From the IMG/VR virus record IMGVR_UViG_3300037140_000076, positions 32,001 through 96,000 of that record: a DNA stretch of 64,000 nucleotides. One strand, 5' to 3'. Origin of the DNA: a virus. Shown in pieces: positions 1 through 10,691 of this stretch. Position 1 is the first letter of the stretch. Every line of letters begins with the position of its first letter. Under the pieces are notes generated by a model. That model was not told the DNA's origin and searched no databases. It saw only the letters and a list, made by a program, of their open reading frames with translations. The position numbers and the translations under genes are program-made.

Positions 1-228
1 TCAGAACTGTTCAGGTTCTGTAAACTCTGTCTTTTCTTCAGGAGAAAAGTCTTTTATTTGGCTTGCTTTAGCTTCCTTTGCTTTAGCTTCTTCCTGAGCT
101 TCCTGGTTACGAAGTCCTCTAACCTGGTTGAAAAATACTACGATTCCAAAACCGTGTTTTGTTGGCACTTCCTGGATGAGTTTGTCTAGCTGTTCTAGTT
201 CAGCGTGTTTGATTAATAAATCTGGCAT
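1..228 (-). CDS. hypothetical protein
   Basis: 75-aa ORF co-oriented downstream of recA; no recognisable motif. Confidence 0.6.
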   Translation of the reverse strand: MPDLLIKHAELEQLDKLIQEVPTKHGFGIVVFFNQVRGLRNQEAQEEAKAKEAKASQIKDFSPEEKTEFTEPEQF

Positions 229-260
229 TGTGTTTTTGTTTTAAACGTTTAAAAAAGAGT

Positions 261-1268
261 TTATAATTTGAGTTTTTCCTTGACCTTTTCTAAGATCTCA
301 GTACGTAACTCCGGGTTATCATTTAATAAAGTACTAACAGCATCCCTTCCCTGCCCAATCTTATCTTCACCATAAGCATACCAGGAACCGTTCTTCTGGA
401 TGATTTCTAGCCCCGTGGCTATGTCTACTAGTTCAGCACTAGAATCTATACCCTGACCGAATATAAGGTCAAATTCAGCCACCTTAAAGGGTGGAGCGAC
501 CTTATTCTTAACTACTTTCACCTTAACCCGGTTCCCAAAAGCTTCGTCGCCGTCTTTTAGGACCCCGATCTTACGCACATCAAGACGTATGGAAGCGTAG
601 AATTTAAGGGCATTTCCCCCAGAAGTGGTTTCCGGGGACCCGAACATCACACCTATCTTCTCTCTTAACTGATTGATGAAGATGACAATAGCGTTAGATT
701 TAGAGGTTTTGGCTGTAAGTTTACGCATGGTCTGACCCATAAGCCGGGCCTGTAATCCCATTTTCTGGTCCCCTATTTCTCCTTCTAGTTCAGCTTTAGG
801 TACTAAAGCGGCCACAGAATCTACAACTATAATATCCACGGCACCGGATTCCACAAGCCGGTCAGTGATTTCCAGGGCCTGTTCTCCGTAGTCGGGTTGA
901 TTGATGATAAGCTCGTCTGTGTTTATACCCATTCTCAAGGCATAAGATTCATCAAAAGCGTGTTCTACGTCAATAATTGCAGCGATTCCACCAAGTTTCT
1001 GTACCTGGGCAATCACATGCATAGCCAGGGTGGTCTTCCCACCGCTTTCTGGGCCGTATATCTCAACGATCCTACCTTTGGGTAGTCCTCCGACTCCAAG
1101 GGCTATATCAAGCCCTAATGAGCCTGTAGACACTACTTCTATATTCTTGTTGGGACTATCTCCCAACATCATGACCGTACCGGTCCCAAAATCCTTGTCA
1201 ATCTTGTCCATTGTAACTTTAAGCTTTTTAAGCTTTTCTACGTCTCTGGTTTCTTTTTTCTTTGCCAT
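261..1268 (-). CDS. recA: RecA recombinase
   Basis: [16 protein letters not shown] Walker [39 protein letters not shown] signature. Confidence 0.98.
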   Translation of the reverse strand: MAKKKETRDVEKLKKLKVTMDKIDKDFGTGTVMMLGDSPNKNIEVVSTGSLGLDIALGVGGLPKGRIVEIYGPESGGKTTLAMHVIAQVQKLGGIAAIIDVEHAFDESYALRMGINTDELIINQPDYGEQALEITDRLVESGAVDIIVVDSVAALVPKAELEGEIGDQKMGLQARLMGQTMRKLTAKTSKSNAIVIFINQLREKIGVMFGSPETTSGGNALKFYASIRLDVRKIGVLKDGDEAFGNRVKVKVVKNKVAPPFKVAEFDLIFGQGIDSSAELVDIATGLEIIQKNGSWYAYGEDKIGQGRDAVSTLLNDNPELRTEILEKVKEKLKL

Positions 1269-1568
1269 TTATCGTATTATGTGGTTTATTATAGCTAAAG
1301 CAGCACTGTCTCTGAGTTCTGGTGTAACCTCTAAATCCTTATCAAAGAATTCGATTAAACGAGTCTGAAAGTCAGGGGATAAACCCTGCGGGGGCTGTTT
1401 AATTTGTCCGATAGTCTTAAAGTTCAATTCAAATCCTCCCTCCTCACAATACTTGATTTCGCAATCAATTTCGTCTCTAGTTGCGGCTAAGATAGTACCA
1501 TCCGTTAGTTCGATCACAAATATAATATCTTTTTTCATATTATCCAAATTTAAGGAATTTAATACCAA
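1269..1568 (-). CDS. hypothetical protein
   Basis: ORF abutting recA in a tightly packed operon; true start may be the internal MKKD. Confidence 0.55.
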   Translation of the reverse strand: MVLNSLNLDNMKKDIIFVIELTDGTILAATRDEIDCEIKYCEEGGFELNFKTIGQIKQPPQGLSPDFQTRLIEFFDKDLEVTPELRDSAALAIINHIIR

Positions 1569-1742
1569 CAGTCTTCATGACATTGACCTACCGTTCCATG
1601 ACCGCACAGACAAGGTTCGTCTTTATGATCATTTACGTGCTTTTCATATCTCTTTTTTTGAAACGCAAGGTTTTTTGGACTCATCTGCTCTTCAAAGTTT
1701 ATGGGTTCTCTTTTTTCTATTTCTGGATCAAAGTCTTTCATG

Positions 1743-2771
1743 TTATTTCATTAAATGTTCAAAAAGTTGTTTTCTATATTCATTGATTTTAAGTAAATTA
1801 TAATGTTCACGACAATATTCACCCAGGGCCTGTCCTTTCTCCTTAAGAAAGACCGGATCAATAGCGAACTTTTTAATATTGTCAAACCAGGTTGCAGCAT
1901 TCGATCCATACATAACTAAATCCCTATTAGGGAAGTCAGAGTAAGGAGAAGTATCTGAAGCAATACAGGGATTGTACTTAGCCGCACTCTCCAGGATCTT
2001 TAAATTGGACTTGTATGCATTAAACATATTCTGTTCCAAAGGTATCAAGGTAACGTCACAATGAGAATAATGATCCTCATAGGAGTCTAGGGGGAGGGTT
2101 CCCCTAGATTCATAACCGGGTATCCTTCCGTTTAAAGAGAAAGAGTTCTCCATCTTGTTCCAGAATACAAGGGACTCTTTGTTTCTGTAGTCCACTCCGG
2201 CAAGGATGAACTTAGATTTATTAAATTTGGGATTGTTTATAATCTTTTCAAATGGTCTTTTTAAAACTTGAATATCGTGAAAATGTGATGATCCTCCTGC
2301 ATAAAGAAAACGGGTGAATTCACTTTCTACCTTTGTAGAGTTAAATTGTTCATGATCGTAGGGGAGGGCATTAGGAATTACATGGACATTCTTGTTTAAA
2401 GCCTTTACTTTATCAGCCAGTAGAGCGGTTGTAACAATAACGGCATCTGACGCAACAATGCAATCTTTTATCTTTTGGGCGGTTTTATTAGCTTCCCAGG
2501 ACTTAGCCAGGATGTGATGAGGGTATAGATCCCAATAATCATCAAGATCCGTAACTATTTTAAAACCGTGTTGTTTTTGCAAGGGTTTAAATACTTCAAT
2601 ATCCATCCCTGGGGTCCTGTTAAACAAAAGGATTTTTGTCTCTGGAGAAAGATCCCCAAAAGTTTTACCTTTCCATTGATTAATATCAATGCCCATATAC
2701 TTCAAAGGCATGACCAATCGGTGCCAATCGCATCCTGACGACATCTTAATTATTGCAGTTAATCCTTTCAT
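1743..2771 (-). CDS. glycosyltransferase, GT-B/GT4-like (phage type)
   Basis: SGCDWHRL, DLDDYW, VIPNAL, GGSSHFHD, FNAYKSNLKILE motifs; start moved to MKGLT (2771). Confidence 0.8.
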   Translation of the reverse strand: MKGLTAIIKMSSGCDWHRLVMPLKYMGIDINQWKGKTFGDLSPETKILLFNRTPGMDIEVFKPLQKQHGFKIVTDLDDYWDLYPHHILAKSWEANKTAQKIKDCIVASDAVIVTTALLADKVKALNKNVHVIPNALPYDHEQFNSTKVESEFTRFLYAGGSSHFHDIQVLKRPFEKIINNPKFNKSKFILAGVDYRNKESLVFWNKMENSFSLNGRIPGYESRGTLPLDSYEDHYSHCDVTLIPLEQNMFNAYKSNLKILESAAKYNPCIASDTSPYSDFPNRDLVMYGSNAATWFDNIKKFAIDPVFLKEKGQALGEYCREHYNLLKINEYRKQLFEHLMK

Positions 2772-3429
2772 TGTTTGTCTTTTTGTATTTCCAAATAAAC
2801 CCACCAGTTTGTTTTCTTTTTCCTTGAGCAACCATTGTTATTTTTCCATTTGAAATATTTAACTCTTTGGTTGCATTAGAAATACAACTCCATTCTTTTA
2901 TAAAAATTCCTTGTTTATCATATTGTAATACTGTTTTTGCACGTAATCCCTTACGAGATTTACTCATTTGTTGAAGAGATTTTTTTGAAAAACAGTTTTT
3001 TAATCCTTTATTCCAAGTAATATGTCCTGTCCGTTCGCTGCTGGATTTTCCTATTTTTTTCTTAGATTCTTTTGTATGTTTGGGTTTTCCTAAATGAGCT
3101 TTTGCTATTTTATCTTTTGATTCTTGAGTATGTTTTGCCCCATACCCACCCTCTCTCAAATTCAACAACTCAATACCACAATCACGATAAAGATCCATAT
3201 AAAACTGTTCATACCGATCTAAAACATCTTGACTTACATCAGAGGGTAATTCGTGACAAATTTCAAACTTATGATTTTTAACTCCATATTTATCAAAGGA
3301 ATTTTCTAGTTTTGCTTGTTTGTGTTTTCTACCATGTTGTTTATAATGAGTCCATCTGCTTTTAATATCCCAACTCTGCCCAATATATACTTTCCCAGAA
3401 GGACTTGTTATTTTATAAATTCCAATCAT
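2746..3429 (-). CDS. GIY-YIG homing endonuclease with NUMOD3/NUMOD1 DNA-binding repeats
   Basis: MIGIYKITSPSGKVYIGQS; HTxESK repeats; C-terminal GKRKQTGGFIWKY. Confidence 0.92.
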   Translation of the reverse strand: MIGIYKITSPSGKVYIGQSWDIKSRWTHYKQHGRKHKQAKLENSFDKYGVKNHKFEICHELPSDVSQDVLDRYEQFYMDLYRDCGIELLNLREGGYGAKHTQESKDKIAKAHLGKPKHTKESKKKIGKSSSERTGHITWNKGLKNCFSKKSLQQMSKSRKGLRAKTVLQYDKQGIFIKEWSCISNATKELNISNGKITMVAQGKRKQTGGFIWKYKKTNNERINCNN

Positions 3430-3842
3430 TTTATTTCTATTTCTCTATGATCTCCGTTTCCTTTAATCATATTTTTTTCTCTACGCAAAGTAATTTTTTT
3501 AATATTATTTCGGGCAGTATCTTCCATAGTAATACCTAAGTCAGTACAAAGGGAAGCAATATACCAAAGTACATCACCGATTTCACCAGTAAGATCTTCA
3601 ACATTAAGATTTGGAGTATCACCACGCATCCACTTTTTAATTTTACCGGCCATCTCTCCCGCTTCATTAAGAACTCCGATTGTTGGATATATGATTGCAT
3701 ACTTCTCAGGGAATGCTTTATTTTTAGCTGCTTCTAACTGATATTCATTAAGAGTTAAATCTCGTGTAATACATATATAATCGTTCTTTGGAGTTTCAAA
3801 ATCCTTAATAGGTTGATCATTTATGTGTCCTGGAGTATTCAT
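3426..3842 (-). CDS. MazG-like nucleotide pyrophosphohydrolase
   Basis: EAGEMAGKIKK...EIGDVLWYIA...GNGDHR pattern. Confidence 0.9.
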   Translation of the reverse strand: MNTPGHINDQPIKDFETPKNDYICITRDLTLNEYQLEAAKNKAFPEKYAIIYPTIGVLNEAGEMAGKIKKWMRGDTPNLNVEDLTGEIGDVLWYIASLCTDLGITMEDTARNNIKKITLRREKNMIKGNGDHREIEIK

Positions 3843-4192
3843 GGTTTACTATAATTTGATTTGTTAATCATGTGATGGTCCTTTTTATGGTTTATCCAAA
3901 GAGTTATTACCTTAGCAGTAGCTTTTTTAAAGTTAGGTTTTAAAACTAGTACTATATCATAACTTTTGTTGTGTTGTATTCTAACAACACACATTAAAAT
4001 CTTTTTACCACTCTCTGTGGTCTTTACTTCTACAAACTTCTTTTTGGTTAACATCATCTTGTTTATGGATGGGGGTCTTTTGTTAACCCTTTCCTTAAAA
4101 CGCCTTAGAGCATGTTTTGAGTACTTTAGAAACAAGAACTTTCTTGGGATAATCAATTGTTCGGGGAACCCGACTTGTTTATGAAATATCAT
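3839..4192 (-). CDS. hypothetical basic protein
   Basis: 117-aa ORF with YSKHALRR and KVITLW; upstream promoter-like element near 4197. Confidence 0.6.
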   Translation of the reverse strand: MIFHKQVGFPEQLIIPRKFLFLKYSKHALRRFKERVNKRPPSINKMMLTKKKFVEVKTTESGKKILMCVVRIQHNKSYDIVLVLKPNFKKATAKVITLWINHKKDHHMINKSNYSKP

Positions 4193-4264
4193 ATTGCAAA
4201 TTTAATATAAATTTTGGTAATACAAAACCCTCTATTTGTTAAATATATGTGAACTACTAGGGCA

Positions 4265-4296
4265 TTTGGAAGTTTCAAATAATATGGTTATATTTG
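4265..4296 (+). promoter_or_regulatory. Bacteroidota sigma-70-type promoter
   Basis: TTTG-N20-TATATTTG immediately upstream of ORF 4313. Confidence 0.75.
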
Positions 4297-4312
4297 TAAA
4301 AAATTAATAATT

Positions 4313-4804
4313 ATGGCCGACCGTAAAAATCACAAGGAAAAAGCAGCAGCTTTCTCCGATGCACAAAAAAAGAAGAATGCCCAGGCATCACAGCCTAAAA
4401 CCCATCTTATTCCTGACGTAGAATGGCAATCTACTGACAATCTGGATCTTAGAGGGGATGTAGCTGAAGCTATTCAGAACAACCTTGTAGTAGCCTTTGA
4501 AGCTCTACAGAAGGCAGGACAGGCTTTCCAGGTCCTTTTGAACCTCAATATCAAAGCTGGTAAAGCCAAGCTTAAATACACATGGAATAACGGTGAAATT
4601 CCGACCGACTCTGAACTTAAAGAGTACCAGGAACAAATGAATCAACTGCAAGCTCTTAAAGCCGAACAATTGAAAAAAGCTCAGGATGGTATTGCTCAAG
4701 AAGCAAAGAACAAACAAGCTCCAAAATCCAATCTGGTCACAACAGATGGTCAACCTTTGACAGAAGAAAATCTCACTAAATCAAAGAGTGGATTAATAGT
4801 GTAA
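4313..4804 (+). CDS. hypothetical protein (lone + strand gene in the left arm)
   Basis: 163-aa ORF with its own promoter and a downstream terminator. Confidence 0.8.
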   Translation: MADRKNHKEKAAAFSDAQKKKNAQASQPKTHLIPDVEWQSTDNLDLRGDVAEAIQNNLVVAFEALQKAGQAFQVLLNLNIKAGKAKLKYTWNNGEIPTDSELKEYQEQMNQLQALKAEQLKKAQDGIAQEAKNKQAPKSNLVTTDGQPLTEENLTKSKSGLIV

Positions 4805-4829
4805 CCTATCTCTTGGTACATACAAACAG

Positions 4830-4857
4830 AAAACGCGACTGAAAAGCCGCGTTTTTT
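4830..4857. terminator. bidirectional intrinsic terminator
   Basis: AAAACGCG-actgaaaagc-CGCGTTTTT between convergent genes. Confidence 0.75.
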
Positions 4858-4860
4858 AAT

Positions 4861-5460
4861 TTAAGGAATATAAAGAATTGTTCCGTTATCTTTTTGTACA
4901 TCTTCTGCGAATAATTTCCGCGCTTCCTGGAGGTTAAACGGAGCACATATAATATGAAATCCATTTTTAGTAGGCACAACCCCAAATATTTCATCATCTC
5001 CTCTCTTAGCCTGTTTATGTAAACCTGTAATAATAAATATTAACTCATTAACATACTCCGGATCTTTACTATCTACATCTACAACCCACTTCTTATTTAT
5101 TTCTGAACTACACGTTCCAGCAGCCGCCCAGAAAGCCTTTTTAACAGCCTTATAATTCCGGCTTATAATATAATCAACTGTTAACTTTAAAGCCTGTAAA
5201 CCGACTCTCTCAAGGTCCCGGACGTTAAGATTAAGATATGCCCTGGCATTATTCCTTACACAGATTGCCATAATATGGGCCATCTTCTGCCCCAGGTCAA
5301 CCGGACCATAAATGCACATCTGATCAATAACTTCCATATCCTTATCCATAGTGGGATTATCCTTTCTCCTTTTTAGTATCTGAAGAAGGTAGAAGGAATT
5401 TTTTACATGTGTATCGGTAGAAACAAATGGTAAAAGTAAGTCAAAATTATTTATAGACAT
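4861..5460 (-). CDS. conserved phage protein with primase-polymerase-like motifs
   Basis: WVVDVD and TKNGFH resemble AEP motifs I and II. Confidence 0.5.
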   Translation of the reverse strand: MSINNFDLLLPFVSTDTHVKNSFYLLQILKRRKDNPTMDKDMEVIDQMCIYGPVDLGQKMAHIMAICVRNNARAYLNLNVRDLERVGLQALKLTVDYIISRNYKAVKKAFWAAAGTCSSEINKKWVVDVDSKDPEYVNELIFIITGLHKQAKRGDDEIFGVVPTKNGFHIICAPFNLQEARKLFAEDVQKDNGTILYIP

Positions 5461-5734
5461 TTTTATTTATTAATAAACATTAAGTAATCGTAATTTTTAT
5501 TCTCAGCCCATCGTATTAGTCTTACTAATATATTAGATTCTATAGTTGGTGTAGTAAAAGTAAACAAAGCATCCGTTCTTACCAAATAATAATTGTTTCT
5601 TTTAATTCCTATTTTATGGGAGGGGGAGGTAAGTCTGTCCAGGAATGGTAAACCTAAGTGTCCTTTGAACTTTGAAATCTCTAATTGAGCAAAGCGGAGG
5701 GGGAGATTTTCAGGAGCGTTTACAACAATAGCCA

Positions 5735-6421
5735 TTAGTTTGTATTTTCATTGTGATGATCAACTCCACCCAGGGGAATTCTCTTTTTCATTATTTCGGC
5801 AATCTCATCAAAGTGATATGGACGGAATTTTGGATGAGCATCTACACCAATATCCATGCATTTGAATTTACAGTCTTCTGGTAGACCCGCCATTTCCCAA
5901 TAAAATTCTTCATTTTCATCACGAGAAAATCTATGGTAATCAGATAGTGTTCCATGACTATGGCCGTATAAATTCCAGTTACCATGATGACCCTTACCCC
6001 ACACCCTCTGAGAGAAATGAGACAAACACATTGATTGACCACCAATTTTCTTATTCATGATATATTGGTTCACTGAAGCAAAAAGACTTTGAATATTAAG
6101 TAATTCAGGCATCTTTATTTGAACTAGTTTATTATTTGCAATATGATGATCATGATTGCCCAGGACCAAATGAATTGTTTTGCAATTAATTTGTTTACGG
6201 AAATTCCAGATCTGATCAATCCCGCCAAAACTCCAATCCCCAAGGTGATAAAGAATATCATTTTCCTTTACAGTCTTATTGATATTTTCAACCAGGCGAA
6301 CGTCATGTTCTTCCAGAGTATCAAGATCCCTACACCTAGATAGATCTGTCCATTCAGAAGTTCCACGCACAATGTTTTTGTGGTGGAAGTGTGTATCACT
6401 TGTAAAAAAAGTACTTGTCAT
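5735..6421 (-). CDS. calcineurin-like metallophosphoesterase
   Basis: SDTHFHH, LGDWSF, LGNHD, GHSHG motifs. Confidence 0.93.
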   Translation of the reverse strand: MTSTFFTSDTHFHHKNIVRGTSEWTDLSRCRDLDTLEEHDVRLVENINKTVKENDILYHLGDWSFGGIDQIWNFRKQINCKTIHLVLGNHDHHIANNKLVQIKMPELLNIQSLFASVNQYIMNKKIGGQSMCLSHFSQRVWGKGHHGNWNLYGHSHGTLSDYHRFSRDENEEFYWEMAGLPEDCKFKCMDIGVDAHPKFRPYHFDEIAEIMKKRIPLGGVDHHNENTN

Positions 6422-6860
6422 AATTACGTTGATTTATTTTATCAAATCTTTTTTTCATGTCTTTAATAATTCCATGCGGAACGTGTCTGCCGGTTAGTAT
6501 CCTTCTCTTAACCTCCCTTACTCTACAAAGCCATAAAGGAGTATTGAAAAATATTATTTTAAGTATAAAATCAGCTTCAGGAAACTGTTTTACGTATCCA
6601 TCCAGGTGGGCAGCATCAACATTTGTTTTATCAATAATAATATTATGTTTAAGATGTATTGATGCTCCTAATAAATGATCCCAACATTTAGTGACTTTTT
6701 TCTCGTCATTGCTATTCTGTTTATACTCTTTACCAAACATCTTCTCCCTTATTTCATCTCTTGAAAGTATAGTAAAGAATCGTTTATCAGGGAACCTTTT
6801 AATAAAGGTTGTTTTACCACTACCTGGAGGTCCACATAAAATTAAAACTACTTTTTTCAT
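6396..6860 (-). CDS. polynucleotide kinase-like P-loop kinase (AAA_33)
   Basis: GPPGSGKTT, LSRDEIR, IIDKTN, R..R lid. Confidence 0.85.
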   Translation of the reverse strand: MKKVVLILCGPPGSGKTTFIKRFPDKRFFTILSRDEIREKMFGKEYKQNSNDEKKVTKCWDHLLGASIHLKHNIIIDKTNVDAAHLDGYVKQFPEADFILKIIFFNTPLWLCRVREVKRRILTGRHVPHGIIKDMKKRFDKINQRNYDKYFFYK

Positions 6861-6958
6861 AATGTTATTTTTCAGATAATATATACATAATAGTACAAAA
6901 TATTATACTTAAATTTATAACCCAACTAACAATAACATATGTTTTATAACTCATAAAA

Positions 6959-8341
6959 TTAATTTTGTGTTTCTACATCAATTACTTCTGCATCTGCCTG
7001 TTTAGATTCGTGGATCAAAAAAAGTGGCGACTTAAGCTTGTATACTCTGGGATTTGGATAATCCTCAATCCGAATAACAATACCCTCTTCTATCACGTTA
7101 GAATCAAGCCAGGATGGTCTGTCAAGATAAGTCTTAATAAAATATTTTTCAAATTTATCTTTCCAAGGTTCTGGATCTCCAAGGAAATCTTCTATTGCAC
7201 AGCCTACTTGATGCACTGCAAAATTTGATACTTTTCCTTCATAATCTGTAATTACAGGATCAACTCCAATCTCCGTACATCTTTTACGGACCTGTCTCCA
7301 TGATAAATCCACTTCAACCCCCTGGGAGTTTATATGAGTGATTCTGTATACATAAACTTTAGGAATATTTAATCCATAAGAATATCCTTTTTGAATATCT
7401 ACTCCAGCGGCTAGAGGTATATATGTATTACCTGTACACCTGATTTGATATTTATCTTTTCCGATAATTTCAAAATATACAATCTCTCCTTTATGTAATT
7501 TATTTTGGAAGTTAACTTTTCCAACCATTGTCCAAAGATCATCTTCGTAAAAATGATTCTTATTCTTCAGTTCATTAAAGTTTACAGATTTTACAACGTG
7601 ACGGCTTCCTATCACATAACTATATTCTTCATCCACAACTTTCACTCCCAGTTTTTTAGCAAGTTTTTCATGCCATTTGAGTTTGCGTTTAGTAAGTGTA
7701 TGACCTATACGGGCAGAAGTACCGTGAAGTTTAATAGTGATGCTCATTTCATCCAGAAGATTGATTTTATCCAGGTTCTTAAGTAACTGAGAAGTATCAA
7801 TATGTTCAGGGAACATACGGGAATCAATGATCTCATCCAATACCTTATTTGATTTCATTGTACCAGGTCCAGAAGATTTGACAGGAACAATATATTTTTT
7901 ACAAATAAAAATTCCGTCAATTTCATTAAACTCCTGTCCAGCTTTAAGACCATATACTATTTTATTAACACCTCCTGAAGCACCTGGAATAACATTTGCT
8001 AGAGAACCAATAGGCATTACAACTCCTGTAGATTTATTGCCTTTAAATTTTATTGCTTTGACTCTTCCATTATCCTCAAAATATCCTTTTGATTTCTGAT
8101 CTTCATTTAGATTAGAATTCCGATAAAGATTATTACCCTTAAGGTAAGCTTCACTAAGTTGAGTTTCTGACGGAAAGAATATATAAAGATCCCCCAGAGG
8201 ATACTTCTTTGGAATTATACACGTATTACCAAACACCGAAGTCCCAACTACATTATCTAAGCCAGGGAGGGAGAATGTAGTTGTTACCTTAACTACTGTA
8301 CCAGTGTAGTTTTTTGAGTCTTCATAAATTTTTAGTGACAT
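6959..8341 (-). CDS. ATP-dependent RNA ligase (Rnl2/DRB0094-like)
   Basis: N-terminal OB-like domain, KLHGTS motif I, YFEIIG, EEGIVIR, YKLKS. Confidence 0.85.
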   Translation of the reverse strand: MSLKIYEDSKNYTGTVVKVTTTFSLPGLDNVVGTSVFGNTCIIPKKYPLGDLYIFFPSETQLSEAYLKGNNLYRNSNLNEDQKSKGYFEDNGRVKAIKFKGNKSTGVVMPIGSLANVIPGASGGVNKIVYGLKAGQEFNEIDGIFICKKYIVPVKSSGPGTMKSNKVLDEIIDSRMFPEHIDTSQLLKNLDKINLLDEMSITIKLHGTSARIGHTLTKRKLKWHEKLAKKLGVKVVDEEYSYVIGSRHVVKSVNFNELKNKNHFYEDDLWTMVGKVNFQNKLHKGEIVYFEIIGKDKYQIRCTGNTYIPLAAGVDIQKGYSYGLNIPKVYVYRITHINSQGVEVDLSWRQVRKRCTEIGVDPVITDYEGKVSNFAVHQVGCAIEDFLGDPEPWKDKFEKYFIKTYLDRPSWLDSNVIEEGIVIRIEDYPNPRVYKLKSPLFLIHESKQADAEVIDVETQN

Positions 8342-8359
8342 TTTGTTTATTTTAGTTTT

Positions 8360-8707
8360 TTAATTAGGTCCGTGTAGTGGACACTTTAGATCAATCCATT
8401 GTATCTCAGGAAAAGCATCATCATTATCGCTTTTAGGACAGGTGCATTTAGGCCATAAATAAGATCTATGTCTAATTGCATTAGGTTCAAATCCCCATAA
8501 CATTTGAAGTTCAAATTCAACCTGGGTTAATTGATTGAATAGAATTTTCATAAACGTTCTATTCTTTGTTTTAACTAAAAGAGTAAAAAGATCATATCGC
8601 TCCTTATGTAATGCAACAATCTGACTTACCGTATCAAAATCAAGTTTTCGTTCTCTAATAAGATCTGCATTAACTCCCAATCTATGACCACGATGAGTGA
8701 ACCACAT
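8360..8707 (-). CDS. conserved phage hypothetical protein, Zn-binding
   Basis: ELQMLWGF...CTCPKSDN...CPLHG. Confidence 0.65.
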   Translation of the reverse strand: MWFTHRGHRLGVNADLIRERKLDFDTVSQIVALHKERYDLFTLLVKTKNRTFMKILFNQLTQVEFELQMLWGFEPNAIRHRSYLWPKCTCPKSDNDDAFPEIQWIDLKCPLHGPN

Positions 8708-8709
8708 AA

Positions 8710-9573
8710 TTAAAATTTTAATTCTTTTAGAGATTTGATCCTTTTAAAACCAACATCGTAACGCTGGTTGTGTGGACCATCCATTAGAAAACAACATATA
8801 CCAGCCCGGTTTAACTCCTCAAAATTATCATAGCGATCATCCACAAAAATATCTATACCGGCCTTCTTTATAACATCAATCTTTGATTCTCCTACAGGGA
8901 CCGTAATAACGGGTCTCAGAGGGAATCCGTGAATTCTAAGCCACTCCATTGTTATTTCCGTTGGTATTGGTCTTGAAGTCACGTAAGCATGAGGCTCAAA
9001 ATGAATATCTTCAGGTTTAATCCGGGGTTTAAGTCCCAGGTAAAAGTCATTTAAAATTCCGTCTCTTTTCATTTGTTCAAAACGTTCCGGGATCTTATAA
9101 TCAAAGAACCAGGCGGTTGGGGTATCAATACTCCAATATTTACACCAGTCACCAACCCAATCACAAATCACCTCATCTATATCAAGTCCAATTTTGGGTT
9201 TAGGAATAACATTTATAAGGCGGTCATCTCCTTGAGGAAACCACTTATAGTAGGATACCAAGGCAAGACAGTTCCAGGCAGCATGGGCCATGTGATATAG
9301 ACCAGTATGATTAACACAGGTCCCGGCCTGACAATCTTTACACTCCGGATCATAATCAAAATCTTCACCCCTCTCAAACGCATTTATATGCCTTTTAAGA
9401 GAAGCAACACATTTAGACCACTTCATACCATGAAGCCAGTTATGAGGGGGTTTTGGGTACTTAATTTGACCCTTGGTAAACACTTTAGCCACTTCGTTAA
9501 TAGAGAATGGTTCGAAAAGATCATGGCGTGTTTTAGAATCATTAAGACGACCGCCTGTGCCTAATTCACTCAT
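8710..9573 (-). CDS. dATP/dGTP diphosphohydrolase (DUF5664-like) fused to HAD 5'-nucleotidase-like domain
   Basis: N-terminal KY...NW..GM.WS...SLKRH...GED.D..TGL.H.AHAAWN; C-terminal GLDIDEV and FVDDR. Confidence 0.8.
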   Translation of the reverse strand: MSELGTGGRLNDSKTRHDLFEPFSINEVAKVFTKGQIKYPKPPHNWLHGMKWSKCVASLKRHINAFERGEDFDYDPECKDCQAGTCVNHTGLYHMAHAAWNCLALVSYYKWFPQGDDRLINVIPKPKIGLDIDEVICDWVGDWCKYWSIDTPTAWFFDYKIPERFEQMKRDGILNDFYLGLKPRIKPEDIHFEPHAYVTSRPIPTEITMEWLRIHGFPLRPVITVPVGESKIDVIKKAGIDIFVDDRYDNFEELNRAGICCFLMDGPHNQRYDVGFKRIKSLKELKF

Positions 9574-9845
9574 AATTTATAATTTTTTATTATTTGTTCC
9601 ATCCTCTTATTTTGCTCTACAAGATCAGAATGAGATTTTATTTTTTTAAATTCTTCTGCTGTATAATCGTGATGCATTCCAAATCCAAACATCATATTAT
9701 CAAAATATTTTTTTATTTCCTGACTGATCTTTAAGTCCATATATTCCCTGTTCCTGCGCTTAGTACTGTTCAAAGATATGTATATTAAATAACAATTACC
9801 AATAAAAGCCAGGGTTAAAAATATAAAAGCTTTCATAAAATGAAA

Positions 9846-10691
9846 TTAAAAAGGTAAATCGTCCGGTTCATTAGAAGGTTTCCAATTATAGGACTTAGGC
9901 TGTTCTTTTAGGTTCCTTGGAGGGAGGTGGGTGATTTTTAAGCTTTCTTTGGGTTTAAAAGCGTGTTTTGTCTGTTCTGCCCGGATAAGGTCCTTTACCT
10001 GGGTGGGGAAGTTTTCCTTCAAGATCCATCCAGCATAATTAATATCATCAATAACCCTTACTCCCTTTGCCTTTCCAAAATTAAATATCAAAAATCCTTT
10101 GTCGTCTCGTTTTAATTTATTATAGAGATCAACCATTTCCTTGGTATCTGAAAGATCGTATAGGTCTACATCCTTCCATTCAACACAGTCTTCTACTATT
10201 TTATCCTGGCAGTTAAATATAAGTTCTGTAGCTTCAACATCCTTCATTGCATCATGAGCACCTTCCAGGATCTCTCCTGAATATCTTTCATAAGTCTTTG
10301 CTAGAGCGTTTGAATTAAGTTTCTTTTCTATATTAAGCACATCCAAAAACTTTCCTGATAAATCAACTTCAACCTTGGCCCTGGCAAACTCAGCCATAAG
10401 CAAAGGAACATCAAAGCGCATGATATTATATCCGATTATAATTTTGTTTTCAAAAAGCTTTTTTAATTTCTTTGCATCTTCAGAAAACAAGGGACAATCT
10501 TTCACATCGTCATCACTGATCCCATGAGCTTCAAATGCAGAGTCTGAGATGGGGATTTCGGGGTTGTAGAGTTTGGATTTGTTTACCAGGATGGAGCCAT
10601 CCTCCTTAACTACTTTTATAGCAAGCTGTATAATCCGGTCCGTTTCGGTGGAAAGACCTGTGCTCTCAATATCAAAGAAAAGCTTATCCAT
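9846..10691 (-). CDS. DEDDh 3'-5' exonuclease (DnaQ/epsilon-like)
   Basis: FDIESTG, GYNIMRFD, AHDAMKDV; C-terminal FNFGK..G...Y..W. Confidence 0.9.
   Translation of the reverse strand: MDKLFFDIESTGLSTETDRIIQLAIKVVKEDGSILVNKSKLYNPEIPISDSAFEAHGISDDDVKDCPLFSEDAKKLKKLFENKIIIGYNIMRFDVPLLMAEFARAKVEVDLSGKFLDVLNIEKKLNSNALAKTYERYSGEILEGAHDAMKDVEATELIFNCQDKIVEDCVEWKDVDLYDLSDTKEMVDLYNKLKRDDKGFLIFNFGKAKGVRVIDDINYAGWILKENFPTQVKDLIRAEQTKHAFKPKESLKITHLPPRNLKEQPKSYNWKPSNEPDDLPF

Noticed and set aside
8710-9573. 2-aminoadenine (Z) genome pathway
   Set aside because: No PurZ-like gene is in the window; the hydrolase alone is insufficient evidence.
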